From Trypanosoma brucei (lineage: Eukaryota), in contig CM000208.1 in NCBI GenBank assembly GCA_000002445.1, positions 576,001 to 640,000 of the forward strand: DNA of 64,000 nt. Direction: 5' to 3'. Numbering within the stretch: the first letter of the stretch is position 1; each line of letters opens with the position of its first letter. This document shows, piece after piece, positions 42,392-53,973 of the stretch. Below the pieces are notes generated by a model that saw only the letters and a list, made by a program, of their open reading frames with translations, was not told the DNA's origin and ran no database searches. A program made the translations under genes and the position numbers.

Positions 42392-43945
42392 AGACGGCGC
42401 CCCCTTTCCGATCCCTGTTGAGACCTCATACCGCGGTTGGTGATGAGAGGATTCCTGACATTATATTTGTAGGCGGTCGCGGACGTTCCCCTTCTCACAG
42501 CCATGCCACGTCCCACTGTTTTTTTTTCACCTTATCCTCCACTGTGGGTGTTCGTTGTTTTTTTCTTTTTTCCCTTACTCTCCATTTTTTTTTTTTAAAG
42601 TTCCAATTATCCCTCTTTCTGGTACCGAAACCACGATATTCATTGTGCGCCTTAACCGAGAAACGGCTGCGCCACAGATGGAATCCATAGAAGTGGATGA
42701 AGCGGTTCAGCAGCATTTGCTAAACTGCGTGTCTTACGTGATGGAGTGCGCACAAACATCAAGAAACGCCAAAATCCTATCGAGGGGGGGGAAAGTGGGG
42801 GAAAAGGTGGAACACATTGTGGTACGAACTTCTCCAGAAGAACTGTAAGACAAAATGTCAAGAGAAACAAGGCGAAGCCAGTCGCGATGGCAGCAACCAC
42901 CATCTTCAAGAGCAAAAAAAAATTTTGTAAAGGGGGTATAAAAAGAAGCAAATGGACAATCCGTAACTTGAAAAACAGAAGTGTAACTATATAACTTTCA
43001 CCGGTGCCTCCAGTTTTTTTTTTCTTGTTTCTCGTGCATCCCTTCCTGACACACATGCACATTTTGATGTGCACGTTAGTTGCATTGCTGTGTAACACGA
43101 CCGCAGTAAAACAAAGTTCTGGCACCCACAAATGAAAATTGGGTAAAAACAGCAAGAACTTATATTCAAAAATGCCCACAGGCGTACTTATAGTCATTAC
43201 CTCAGACTTAATATAAGCGAATGCATCAATAAAGGTATACTGCCTTTCCCCCGACCTACGAGAGGCATTTCAGGTTTTCATACCCTTTACCAATAGCATT
43301 GAATGCTTTTTAATAATAATAAAATAATTCTCCACAGAAGCAAAAGGGGGGTTTATGTCACTTCGAACATCCTAATGCTTTCTCGCGGTCCTATAATTCA
43401 TACCCATAGCTTAGCTTAAGGAACCTCTACGAGAGAGGTGCGTCACTTTCAGCACGTTAATGCAGGCGGTTCGAATGTATAAATGAGACGTTGCCTTGCT
43501 AGTTATTGTTCCATGGGAGGATTATCTCCACTCATAACCCCTCGCCCCCCAAAAAACAACACACAAAGACACTGAGATTCACCACATTTGACAACATTCC
43601 CCCTAAAGGGTTTAAAATGTTGAATCCCTCTCGCTTCTGCACGCAGGTCCCGTGCTTGTAAGTACCGTGACCCCTAGCAACAGCTCCCGTGCCCTGCTTC
43701 GTGCAGATTAAGGTTTGCACAGTCGCTGCTGGCGGAGTTGTATCATCCCCCATTATGTACATTTATCTACGCATTACCGAGCACCTTCGCAATACATCCG
43801 GAGTTTTGGAAACTCGGTCACATAAAGTCAGCACGGACCCTCCCAGTCCCTACGCACTTCCCCTGTGGATCTTTTTGCTCTCCAGTGCCTTTGCGTTTTC
43901 TGCTCTTTCCAGACGGAGGCGCGGATCCAGCTGAGGTGGCACCAT

Positions 43946-45721
43946 TCACATTTGACGAGGGTTCACGGCCGCGTTGTCGTCAGTGGGGAGTTTCGGAAGT
44001 GGGGTCAATCTAAGCTTGTAATCCTCGTCATCGAAACAAACTTCTTCCCGCGTGGGGCAGATGATGCTGCCTTTCCAGAGGTGACGACCGAGGGGCTGCA
44101 CTGTAGCACCGGGTTTACACGTCTGCCAGCTGTGGTCTAGCAAAAAGCGAATCTGTAGCTCTTTGCCAGTGCAGTTCGTACGGACACAAACGTCACCAAT
44201 ATCTTTATTGGAAAACTTCAAATTGACACCCTTCACACATCGCGAGCCCTTTCCAACCTCACTGCCACGCAAAAACTTCGACTGACCATTGACGCAGTTA
44301 CCGCTGTTGTACTGAACCACCATCGGGCAATGGTCCATGAAACGGGACTTGCCACCAACCCGTGAATTTCTGAAGTAGCGGAACTCGGCGGGAAGTTCAG
44401 TTCGATGTGTACCTAGGGAACACTGGCCGAGTCCGAGACGGTCATGGGTACAAGTGAACAGACGGCTCTTCCATAAATGATCGCAGAACGTGTCGGGGTG
44501 CTTTGACTTTCCTTCCTGCAAGCATTTCTCCTGTAGAAAACTACATCCACGATTTAGGCCCCAACGCGTCTTCTCTGCGCGACTGAAATTGACGCGGTAG
44601 TGTCCCATACTTGCGAACACCCCTAACGACATCACAGTTAAATAATTCAAGTTCCCATAAGGGGCCATCACGTCCTCGACGGCATTGCGTTGCTCCAAGT
44701 GTGTTGCGAAAACGCCGGGGCCTCCTTCATTCTCCATTTCGATACCCGGAGCCGTCGAGCAATTGAAGTGCTTCCGCGCGACACGCTTCGCAACCTCAGA
44801 ATCGACCAACCACGAGGTTTTAAGTCCGCGAATGCCTCCTTTCTGTTTCATAATTCCCCTTCTTATGAGGATATCTGCTTGGAAGCCGAGAGCGTGTCCT
44901 AATTCGTGTGCGATAACTCGCACAAAGAAGTCAGTTTCGGCAACGTACTTGGGGGATATGTTGACAACGCCAGAAACCGGGCGGCCGTCAGTGAGCATTG
45001 CGCACACGGAAGCCCACGCCATATTCCCTATCGTTGGCCGAGCCGCCACGTATATACTAACATCACCTTCAAAACCATTGGTGTAGTGACCCTTGGGCAC
45101 CTTGAATAAGCTGCAGTATCCAGCGTATGAGGATGGTAAAACAATCCTCCGGTGATATCTCCTTACCAACAGGCGATCCGTGTGTAATTTGATTGCCTTT
45201 GGAATAGCGACCTGCACGATGACGCGCTTCTTGCGAACTGTGAGAACATCCCCCGCTGTACAAACAGTCGTCTTCCCACTGACGAGTATGCTACGGACAT
45301 CACCTGCCATCGTGCAGAAGCGGCTGGGGTCATTCAAGTCTTGCGTGTAAGCTCTGATGCGAATTGGTTTCCACCTGCTGTCAATCTCCCCTTGCCCGTA
45401 ATCATCAACGTTATTGGTGTATTTAGGTTTCTTATCTACGGATGCAGTTCTTGCACTAATCAAATCACCGCCAGTGGTACCCTTCGCTTCTGATTCAGGG
45501 GGCATAGTACCTACTATCGGCACATCATCTGGATTAATCGCAGAATGATGACTTCCGCACCAACCACGGGGCGTATCGCCGGTGCCTTCCTCTCCCCATT
45601 GTTCCTCTGGTGCTTCCAAATGTGTCGCTGATGCTTCCACGTGCACGTGTGCTCGCAAGTGGTGCGAGACGAAAGCGGCAAATATGCACCAAAAGATAGC
45701 GGTTCCTAACAGTTGGGTCAT
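43946..45721 (-). CDS. GP63/leishmanolysin (major surface protease, M8 zinc metalloprotease), apparently without a GPI-anchor signal
   Basis: Minus-strand 591-aa ORF. N-terminal hydrophobic signal-like segment (LLGTAIFWCIFAAFVSH). HEXXH zinc motif VIAHELGHALGF with M8-type surrounding sequence and many conserved Cys. The C-terminus (...TDDNAAVNPRQM) is hydrophilic. Coordinates follow the ORF track. Confidence 0.9.
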   Translation of the reverse strand: MTQLLGTAIFWCIFAAFVSHHLRAHVHVEASATHLEAPEEQWGEEGTGDTPRGWCGSHHSAINPDDVPIVGTMPPESEAKGTTGGDLISARTASVDKKPKYTNNVDDYGQGEIDSRWKPIRIRAYTQDLNDPSRFCTMAGDVRSILVSGKTTVCTAGDVLTVRKKRVIVQVAIPKAIKLHTDRLLVRRYHRRIVLPSSYAGYCSLFKVPKGHYTNGFEGDVSIYVAARPTIGNMAWASVCAMLTDGRPVSGVVNISPKYVAETDFFVRVIAHELGHALGFQADILIRRGIMKQKGGIRGLKTSWLVDSEVAKRVARKHFNCSTAPGIEMENEGGPGVFATHLEQRNAVEDVMAPYGNLNYLTVMSLGVFASMGHYRVNFSRAEKTRWGLNRGCSFLQEKCLQEGKSKHPDTFCDHLWKSRLFTCTHDRLGLGQCSLGTHRTELPAEFRYFRNSRVGGKSRFMDHCPMVVQYNSGNCVNGQSKFLRGSEVGKGSRCVKGVNLKFSNKDIGDVCVRTNCTGKELQIRFLLDHSWQTCKPGATVQPLGRHLWKGSIICPTREEVCFDDEDYKLRLTPLPKLPTDDNAAVNPRQM

Positions 45722-48103
45722 CTCTCGCCCTTTGCGACTTTAAAAACAACCTCTCTTTCCTTGTTTTTCAGTCTCAAAAGCAGCTGGACGGCGCTGCGTT
45801 GATGTACGCACGTATGGATAGTGGCAGATATTTTCTCTGTATTCACCTAACGTGCGATATAACCCTTCACCACTAGACCTACTACTCCCTCTACCTCACT
45901 TAACCAAATTCAGCACGTCGAAAAGTGGCGTCGGACTAATTTCTTCTTCTATGTGAAAACGCAAAAACAGAAAACAACGGAATCTGGGGTCATTGTTCAC
46001 TACCCCCGTGCGGAACAAAAGCCCACCAAATGACTTGTAAATGGAGGGGGAAATACCACATAAGCAACCCCTAGAAAAAAAAATACTTAGTGGCATAATG
46101 ACAAAAGTTTTTTTAAAAAAAAAAACAGCTAGCCGAAAGTATAACAGTTTTGCAACCTCTCGCTTTTGCCTTATCTTGCTGTTCACATTCCCACTAACTG
46201 CTGCGGAAAACGAATGCGTATATGTCAAAAAACAATGACCAGCAGTGGCAATGCAAAGCGAGACCCCCAGAGGTCTGTGAGTGCGCATGGTTTGCATTCT
46301 AACGGTACCGCCTGTTGGTAATTAAGCAGCAAAATAACACTAGCTTCTGGGGTACGCATGCCCGCACCTGCGATAACAACCGAATAATTGTGGTGACGCC
46401 TCTCATAGAAACCTGAACTAATGATGTACAACCCACAGTATCACTTTGTAACTTCTATCCACATGCACGACGACTTGAAAGAAGATGGGATAGGAGAGGT
46501 TGCTCATTTCTGGGCTACACAGAGGTGTAATGCATGTCATGTGAATGAAATGCTAAGCGAAGTAACGTCACTGTAACGTCGCTGTATGCGCGGCACTTCC
46601 TCGCTCTGACGCCAATGCGCCTCCACATCGTCACACCACACAAACGCGTGGCATTTGCTAAAATGTTTTCATCTTTATCAACCATAGATCAGCGGCATAT
46701 CCGAAGAATGTGCTAAACCGGCAGGTGCATCAAAGTAAACCGCTCTAGACGATCACAGAAATAAGTTGAGAACTGAACGTCACATGCTATAAACAAAAAA
46801 TATATTACATCTGACTCAATTAATGCAAAGAAGAAAGCGGGAGCAAGACGGAAAAAGAAATTAAAAGGATGAGCCGACAAATGTAAAGTGGGCCTCTGGT
46901 TTTCACACACACCAAGACAACAGCGCAGAATCACGGCAGCAGCCTATACGGCAGACAGCCTACATGCCGTCCATTATGTTTTTTTCGACGCAGCCTACAC
47001 CAAATAGACATAAACGAACTCATGCTTGCGGGAGCTCGACAAAAAGCTTTTAATGAGGAAACCAAAAGGGGGAGGGATCGGCACCAGCGCCGAGACATCG
47101 TTCAGGGCACATGCACAAGAAACTAGCCAAATATAAGAGTGTGGGGAGGCCCAAATAAATTGGATTAGGGCATAAGAAAAAAACCAACAACAACACACAT
47201 GTATACACATAAATGCAGAGTACTACTCGCCCCTATATAATCAAAAACAATCAGTGTTATACCTTACGGTGTATGCACATACCTCATGACGGCCTAGTGA
47301 AAGAGAAAGGGCACGTATCGGGTAGGAAACATGACAGCCACAGCTTTCCATTCGCTGGTTGAGTGGCTTTATTTCCCCCTTCGTTAGCAGAAATAAAAAC
47401 ATATGTGTGGTCGGACACAGCCAAAGTAATGAAGAGGAACCCTGAAAACATTTTCCTGAAACAAAAGTCGCATTAAGCAAAGAAGCAACTAAGCAAACAA
47501 AAGTGGCAAGTTGGTGTGAAATTGCCCCTCACATGCACCCCGCAGCCGCTGCCGTTGCGCATGGCTGCGTAGTATTCCTTTGTTGCGGAACAGGGGGGAA
47601 GTTGTGAATTCAAGGGAGGAAGTCCAACAAATAACACTGTTGGTGGGTGAGCATAGGCATCCTTGCCCACTCACAAGAACTAAAGAATAATAATAGTGAT
47701 AATAGTAGTAGTAACGATGATAAAAAATAAATGAGGGGGGACAAACAGTGGGTGAGATAAATAATGTGTGAGGCAAATAGGTTAAGAGAAAAACATGATT
47801 CAAAGCTGTTGATTGAGAACAAATAAGATTCAACGAACAGTCGTCGCTACAATAGTCAGGGGTCTCCCCCACCAAAGATGGAAAATGGTACATTAAGGAA
47901 GTAGACATCAAGCGGAATAAGCACAAACAGGACATACATGAACATACGTAGAAATTTGTATGCGTACATAGGCTCGTGTGCGTGGGCAGCGGTGGGTAAT
48001 GAGCTCGCTTGTTCTTGGATTTGGTAACCGTCTACGGACTCTACGTTTTTTTTTTACTTCCACCCTCGCCGGTAGCTGGGTCTCCGTGCCCCTCAGGCGT
48101 GGT

Positions 48104-51100
48104 TTAAGAGGAAGAACCGCGTGGCTGGGTAATGACAATCAGCGAGGCGCTCGTTAGCGTACTGAACGTATGATCAGCGCCACTCGACGCGCAGTAATCC
48201 ACAACGTGCCCAACCTTCACTGCGATGCGCCGTATGACCTCCTGGTAGTAGCTGTCATCCCAAATGGCAGGTGGCTTGCGCGGCAACACCACACGCCAGC
48301 GCTCACAGAAGGGTAAAAGCGCCTTTTGCCGCTGAGCACGCGCGAAAGTACCGAGTAAAGCGTTCAAGGAGGTCACTATAACTTGGGAAGACTCACTCAA
48401 CTCCGCACGTGAAGAACTGTGATCACTGGTAGAGAGTACCGAGCCGTCTGTACCGTCATTCAGCACGTCAACATCCCTGTCGAGACGAAGTGCTGCGAAC
48501 TGTCGACCAGCTACTGTATTCAGCTGGTACATCTCAACTGGCTCCGGTACGCCACGCAGTGGTAAGGCACCGAGGGCGGTTACGTCAAATTGCTCACGTT
48601 CCATGCCGCTCATCGCAAGATAAGTGGCCCGAGTCAGAAGCACCTGCCCACCGTTGGTGACACTCTCTGTCCGCGCAGCCATGTTAGTTGTGCGCCCATA
48701 GTAGTCATAACCCTTCGTCACTTCATCGTGTCGGATATCGCATAACCCCGTGTGGATTCCAACACGTACACGCAGCCCGTTCCACATTTGGCTGTACGCC
48801 TCATCGGCGAGGTGAGCAGTTGGTGGAACATAATCATTTTCCACCTCAGCTCTCTGTTCCTCAAACTGCCGGTAGGATTGGTCAAACAGTGTGGTTCTCC
48901 AGTTGTGAAGGAGGAATGATCGCTGCAAGTTGCACGCAAGTTGTACAGCCGCAAGAGGGCTCCTACACGCGATCATAAACGAGTCCCCGATGGTCTTCAC
49001 CTCGTAGCAGCGGTACTGCACAATAAGGGAGCGGATCAAACGATGATGCGTGGCTACGGCGTCGGGCATTTGCTCAGGGTGTGCTGCCCACTGCGCCGTG
49101 CTGCCCTCAATATCCGTGAAAACAATGGTAACGGGGGCTGTTAGTTCTTTCGGGGCGTTGTCATTGTCGCGCCCGCTCCGAGTTGCGAAGTACAACGGCA
49201 CCGCAATAAAGAGCAGCACAAAAAAAAGGAGAACAGACCCAGCAATAGCACCTGCTAGTTGCGCCGCTGTAAGGCCATTTGCGTTGGGGTCCACGTAAAA
49301 CATTTGTGGCGTAACCGGATCTTGCAACACTGGCACACTTGAATTCATCACACGCGCCATGGACCACACGGATATGTTCGTAGCACCAAAATTCGAGATG
49401 CAATTGGCCGCCGCGGCAAAACCTGAAATCAGGCAACTTTCTCTGTCGTAGGTGCCATACCGCATGTCGTCAACAGTGATTGAGGCTTCCTCAAAGAAGA
49501 GGTCGACCAACAGTTGGGAGGTCACCTTTTCCATTCGACGGATATTTCGCTGCATAAGCCGCTCAGTGGCAAAACCTAGTAGGGCCAAAGGGGTTCGGTG
49601 AGGCGGTTTCACAACTTTGTGGAACTTTCGAACTGTTTTCGATTTTGAATCGGTGTCGCCCCAGTGGGGAAGGTTGGTTGCGAAAAGAACACGCTCCGCA
49701 CCCGCGCTACCGTTGAAAACCCCAACGAATTCGTCGTACATCAGCATTACCTCGGAAAACTGGACGAAAATACGCACATCTTGATGAGTACGGAGGTACT
49801 CTTTGACTATCGGAATATTACCGCTGCCAATACCAAGAAGAAACACATCGCCTTTTGCTGGGAGGTATTTCTCCAGCTCGCCCACGTCCCTAAATATTTT
49901 ACTGGAGGAGAGATTTGCGCGAAATGTCACTAGCGTCCTCGTCAATACCTCCGCTATCTCAGCACCTTCTCGACTATAGACAGCCAAATGAACCGGTCCT
50001 TGGCGGTTCTTGGACAAATAGCTCACAAGCACGTACAGTTGTTGTTCCAATGTTGGCGATAGGTGGATTACATTACTTCTGAACTTGTTCAAACGAGGAT
50101 CCATGACAATGGGATCGATGAAGGTTAAATTTTTCACGGTTAACATTTCCTCGACCACAACCCCAAACACCGCTGTGATGATACTGTTTTTTCGCAGCTC
50201 AACAAGATCATTCATGGATTGTTCTGTGGTGCTGCCAACCTGAAGCATAATAAGTCTGTTGAGTTCGCCGACATTCAAAAGTGAGGCTGTGGAAGATATG
50301 CCATGATAAAACTCCAGCGCGGCCCTGAGCATCGTGAGGTTGTCGGCCATCCTCATGATGACTCCACTAAGCGGAGGGTGCAGTTGGATGGCATTAGAAT
50401 AACAGTGGTCTCGGCTCGTTGAGAAAATCCCTGGAAGGACATGTTGGAAGTGATAACCTTTAACAACTTCTTTCATAAACACCTTTTTGCCACCGCGGTT
50501 GCAGTCGCAGACGGCACCCTGAGCGGCGGCACCTGTGGCACATTCACCACCGAAGTCTCCAATTACAAGATCATCGATCACGTAACGGCGTTGGTCGTAC
50601 AATGAGTTTATGAACGAAATACGGTCGCCCAATTTTGTGTTGCTCCTAAGAGCACGCATAAGTACCTCACCCGCAATCCATCCGTACACCATTAGTTCCC
50701 CATCTACATCGTTGGTGAGGAAGTGATTCGAGTCGCTGAGACCTGACCATTCCGGATGCCGCGTTAAGTAATCCCTTGCCTCATTCTGGAAGCGTCTGAT
50801 TGCTCCGAAGTAAGTTGTCTTGGCAAGCGGATTTGTGCCAGTTTGGATCAAACGATGAGGTACAAACGATACATTGCTCGCTTCCAGGGCCTGCCTCCAT
50901 ACAGCAACGAGTGACTTCTGAAGCAAAGAGGGCGCAAGCAGAACAGTAGTCGCGGTCCGTTGGTCGGACACTAACCTCCCGACAATTTGTTTGGTATAGT
51001 CGTTTATCCGAGTGAACATAATGGCGGCCTGTGGAAGATTCTGGGCAAACTTTTCCCACTCTGCTTCGAACGCCTCACCGGAGGCAGTTTCTTCAACATC

Positions 51101-51712
51101 ATTTGGCACAGTGAACAGACAACAAAGCTCGTACCCTAGTTGGGACATTAACTCTGTTGCTCGAGAATGCGCTGATGGCGCCCCCGCCAGGCTTTCAGTG
51201 TACATAAAACCCAACCGCAGCACGCGCATGTGATTAACAGCATAGCGGATAAGGGCTACCAGCTCAGCGCTTGGTTCAGGTCGCAAGAAGTATAAGTTCG
51301 GCAAAAACTTGCGGGATTCTGTCAACTCTGTTAGCGGAGCGAAGGCTACAAGGTTGTGCTCTTTCAACACCTTGTAAGATTTCCTTATGTTTCCCTCCCC
51401 CATCGGACCGAACACAACCAGCAAACTTTCACTGTCGTCTGCGTTTTTCACATAATTCTCCAAGTATTCTGCTGCGGAGACGTTATATGAAGGAGGCCTA
51501 ATAACCGTGACGTCAATCCCTGGCACTACAGTCCAATTTTGCGCGGCCAAGGAAGCGTTAAACCCCACATTCAAAGAATTTATGATGTCAACAGTGGCGC
51601 CTGCGGAATTAAACATAAGGGACAAAACTTTCACAGTCATCCTCACCTCATGCCCCCCTTGCGCCAGTGAACAGGGGACGCACAACGACAGGAGTATCCA
51701 CAGGTGCAACAT
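48104..51712 (-). CDS. Receptor-type adenylate cyclase (GRESAG4/ESAG4-like): large extracellular ligand-binding-like domain, single TM helix, C-terminal class III cyclase catalytic domain
   Basis: 1242-aa minus-strand ORF (track 48104..51832). Signal-like MLHLWILLSLCVPCSLAQG begins at the second in-frame ATG (codon top at 51712). TM AIAGSVLLFFVLLFIAVPLYF. Catalytic domain VTIVFTDIEGSTAQWA...KTIGDSFMIA...GVRVGIHTG...GRTTNMAARTES. The upstream ATG at 51832 adds 40 non-signal residues. Confidence 0.9.
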   Translation of the reverse strand: MLHLWILLSLCVPCSLAQGGHEVRMTVKVLSLMFNSAGATVDIINSLNVGFNASLAAQNWTVVPGIDVTVIRPPSYNVSAAEYLENYVKNADDSESLLVVFGPMGEGNIRKSYKVLKEHNLVAFAPLTELTESRKFLPNLYFLRPEPSAELVALIRYAVNHMRVLRLGFMYTESLAGAPSAHSRATELMSQLGYELCCLFTVPNDVEETASGEAFEAEWEKFAQNLPQAAIMFTRINDYTKQIVGRLVSDQRTATTVLLAPSLLQKSLVAVWRQALEASNVSFVPHRLIQTGTNPLAKTTYFGAIRRFQNEARDYLTRHPEWSGLSDSNHFLTNDVDGELMVYGWIAGEVLMRALRSNTKLGDRISFINSLYDQRRYVIDDLVIGDFGGECATGAAAQGAVCDCNRGGKKVFMKEVVKGYHFQHVLPGIFSTSRDHCYSNAIQLHPPLSGVIMRMADNLTMLRAALEFYHGISSTASLLNVGELNRLIMLQVGSTTEQSMNDLVELRKNSIITAVFGVVVEEMLTVKNLTFIDPIVMDPRLNKFRSNVIHLSPTLEQQLYVLVSYLSKNRQGPVHLAVYSREGAEIAEVLTRTLVTFRANLSSSKIFRDVGELEKYLPAKGDVFLLGIGSGNIPIVKEYLRTHQDVRIFVQFSEVMLMYDEFVGVFNGSAGAERVLFATNLPHWGDTDSKSKTVRKFHKVVKPPHRTPLALLGFATERLMQRNIRRMEKVTSQLLVDLFFEEASITVDDMRYGTYDRESCLISGFAAAANCISNFGATNISVWSMARVMNSSVPVLQDPVTPQMFYVDPNANGLTAAQLAGAIAGSVLLFFVLLFIAVPLYFATRSGRDNDNAPKELTAPVTIVFTDIEGSTAQWAAHPEQMPDAVATHHRLIRSLIVQYRCYEVKTIGDSFMIACRSPLAAVQLACNLQRSFLLHNWRTTLFDQSYRQFEEQRAEVENDYVPPTAHLADEAYSQMWNGLRVRVGIHTGLCDIRHDEVTKGYDYYGRTTNMAARTESVTNGGQVLLTRATYLAMSGMEREQFDVTALGALPLRGVPEPVEMYQLNTVAGRQFAALRLDRDVDVLNDGTDGSVLSTSDHSSSRAELSESSQVIVTSLNALLGTFARAQRQKALLPFCERWRVVLPRKPPAIWDDSYYQEVIRRIAVKVGHVVDYCASSGADHTFSTLTSASLIVITQPRGSSS

Positions 51713-53973
51713 TACTCCCGGGAAAATACGTAAGTGGCCGACAGAACCAGTCCCAACGCTTCCCTCGGTTCCTGGACGAGTGGAGAAACGACGACGCTGC
51801 TGTGCCCTGCGTCCCACTGTCGATTCGTGCATGGTGACGGTCGTAATTTGGGGGGAAATACGTTAACAATCCTTCTAGTCAAATAATTAAGATGGAAAGT
51901 ACAATGTACAAATGGGGTTGCGTTGTCAATAACAAAAGACATGAGTAAAACTCAAGGAATCCATCACTTTACAGGAAAACGATGTCAGACACCGCGCGCA
52001 CATAACCTTAAAATAATAAAAACAATGCAAGTCGAGAGTGGAAAATTGTTCATCACCTCCAAATCACCACTAGCTCTACCTCTGAACCGCCTGTGAAACA
52101 TATGTGTGTAGCACGCACTATGAGTTCACACAAACAAAACTTTATCGTCGCTGTATCGCACGAGACGCAAACACAAAATACCAAATACTGTCTGCTTCTA
52201 TGCCTCAAGTTCAACGGTAACCAAATAGAGGCCCATCAGCAACATACACCGGCACTGTGGGAAGGGCAATAACCCTTTTCCACGACTGCAAAAAGAAAAA
52301 AAATTGCAACAAACGAACCCTTTAATACAACAGATAGCGGAAACAAGTTCTCTGTTCCGCTTCAAGTTCCAACGCCAAACACCACCTTTCGCCCAAACTT
52401 TAGATGTAATTAACCCCTTAGGACCCGCTTGCACAAAACCGTAAACTTCGATGTGCAAAACACCTAGAGTTTCCCCCGAACACCGAGCAAGGAACTTGAC
52501 TTAACATACACGACAACTACAACTCAGTTCCCGTAGGAGGAACACAGTGTCATTAAAGGAATTAAATTGTAGGGATGTTCACACAAACACCAAACTGACC
52601 AACTCCCCCAAAAAGCACCAACAGTTAGGAAAAGTTCTTGATCCGTTTCAGAGACGCGTAAACACCGAACCAAGCATCAGCTTCTATATTCCCAACAACC
52701 AAACCCAACCCACAAGGCCCCCTGCCTTGCCTCCAGGAATAGCACAATGCGTCCACCACTTCTCATCGAACATATCACCTTCAGCGACTGTTGGCCCTTA
52801 AAGCAAAAAAAAAAAAAATCGCCGCGAAACGGGAGATAGGAAGAAAGACCAGACACGCAACACATGTCCAACCCAAAGTTCATTGGCGATCCGTTGGCTT
52901 GCTGGCACGACACCGCGAGAGCCGTTAAAAAACAGGAAGATGCCCATCATTGCAGCAGCGAGAACTTTGCCCACCCTGCTAAAGCCCATAACCGGGTCCT
53001 CTTCCTCTAACAGCACACCCATTCGATCTTCGATATGCCGTTGCACAATTTTGCAAAAAAGAGGAATGACATTGAGCCTCCATGATCAAAATGACATTTC
53101 AAAGATAAAACATTCCCTTTTAACCCTTATTAAGAGACGAACATGGAAACAAAGAAACAGATCAGTGTTTGAAACTTAACACAAATGGAACAAGTGTATA
53201 CTACCTTAACGATAGCCACGAAACGCTTCACCTCAGCTTCGTAAGCCCACAATAACAAAAAAATGAAAACGGAAAATAACACGAAACGTGTTCAAATTAT
53301 GATTCACCTTTCTCTTATTAAATTTCCCCCACAGTAGAAAACCTTTTAATTTAAGACGCATTTTCCACTTGCGACACCCAGTTTCCTTGCACAATAACCC
53401 ACCATTACTCCACAAAAAAAAAAAAAAGAAAAAAAGTAAGCGGTTGCGCCCACATCTTCCAGTATTTGGGGAACATAGAAGGTGGACGCTCACCGCGTCA
53501 GTTAAAGGGGAACACGAGATCAAAACTTCCTGTAGATCCTTGGAAAGCATCTGTCAAAATATGACTTCACGCACTTTCCTCTTCAGGATGCACCTTTTTT
53601 CCGCTCTTTTCCTAGGAATAGAAATTCCCATTTCCCCTTAAGAAGAAGCCCTAGTGTCGAAACATGTAAGTATAACACAAGCTGTTCTTCTCAAGCAAAG
53701 AAAAAAAAAATTCACATCTCATTCTAAGAAGTAAAAAACAACAACAACAACAACAACAACAAGTGCAAATGTAAATAAATGTGTAAGCACACACTCATGC
53801 GTGTGTTCATGCATAAGTATGCACACCCTCGGCTATCGTGTTCTGCTATATTATCCTTTTTAAAAAAACGCACCTGCTCTCCGTCGGCTCAATACGAGTT
53901 GTAACAGAATAAAAAGAATGGAAATTTCACTCAAGAAGGGTCACATGCACATCTTCATTCCAGGCCAAGAGGA

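Larger units (their letters stand above)
37967..43945. terminator. Convergent strand-switch region between the plus-strand and minus-strand polycistronic units (expected RNA polymerase II termination zone)
   Basis: The last plus-strand gene ends at 37966 and the first minus-strand gene (GP63) ends at 43946. Between them lie low-complexity homopurine/homopyrimidine tracts and a retroposon remnant. Established knowledge for kinetoplastids: convergent strand-switch regions are termination sites marked by base J and H3.V. Confidence 0.5.

Noticed and set aside
42652-43197. 181-aa minus-strand ORF distal to the right inverted repeat
   Set aside because: It is hydrophobic and low-complexity, and overlaps a poly-Y tract on the opposite strand. 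It has no start context and is likely chance.
43380-43470. tRNA-like fragment (ATAGCTTAGC ... GGTTCGAAT)
   Set aside because: It cannot be folded into a cloverleaf: the anticodon-arm candidate has a 5-nt loop and there is no acceptor-stem pairing. No tRNA is called.
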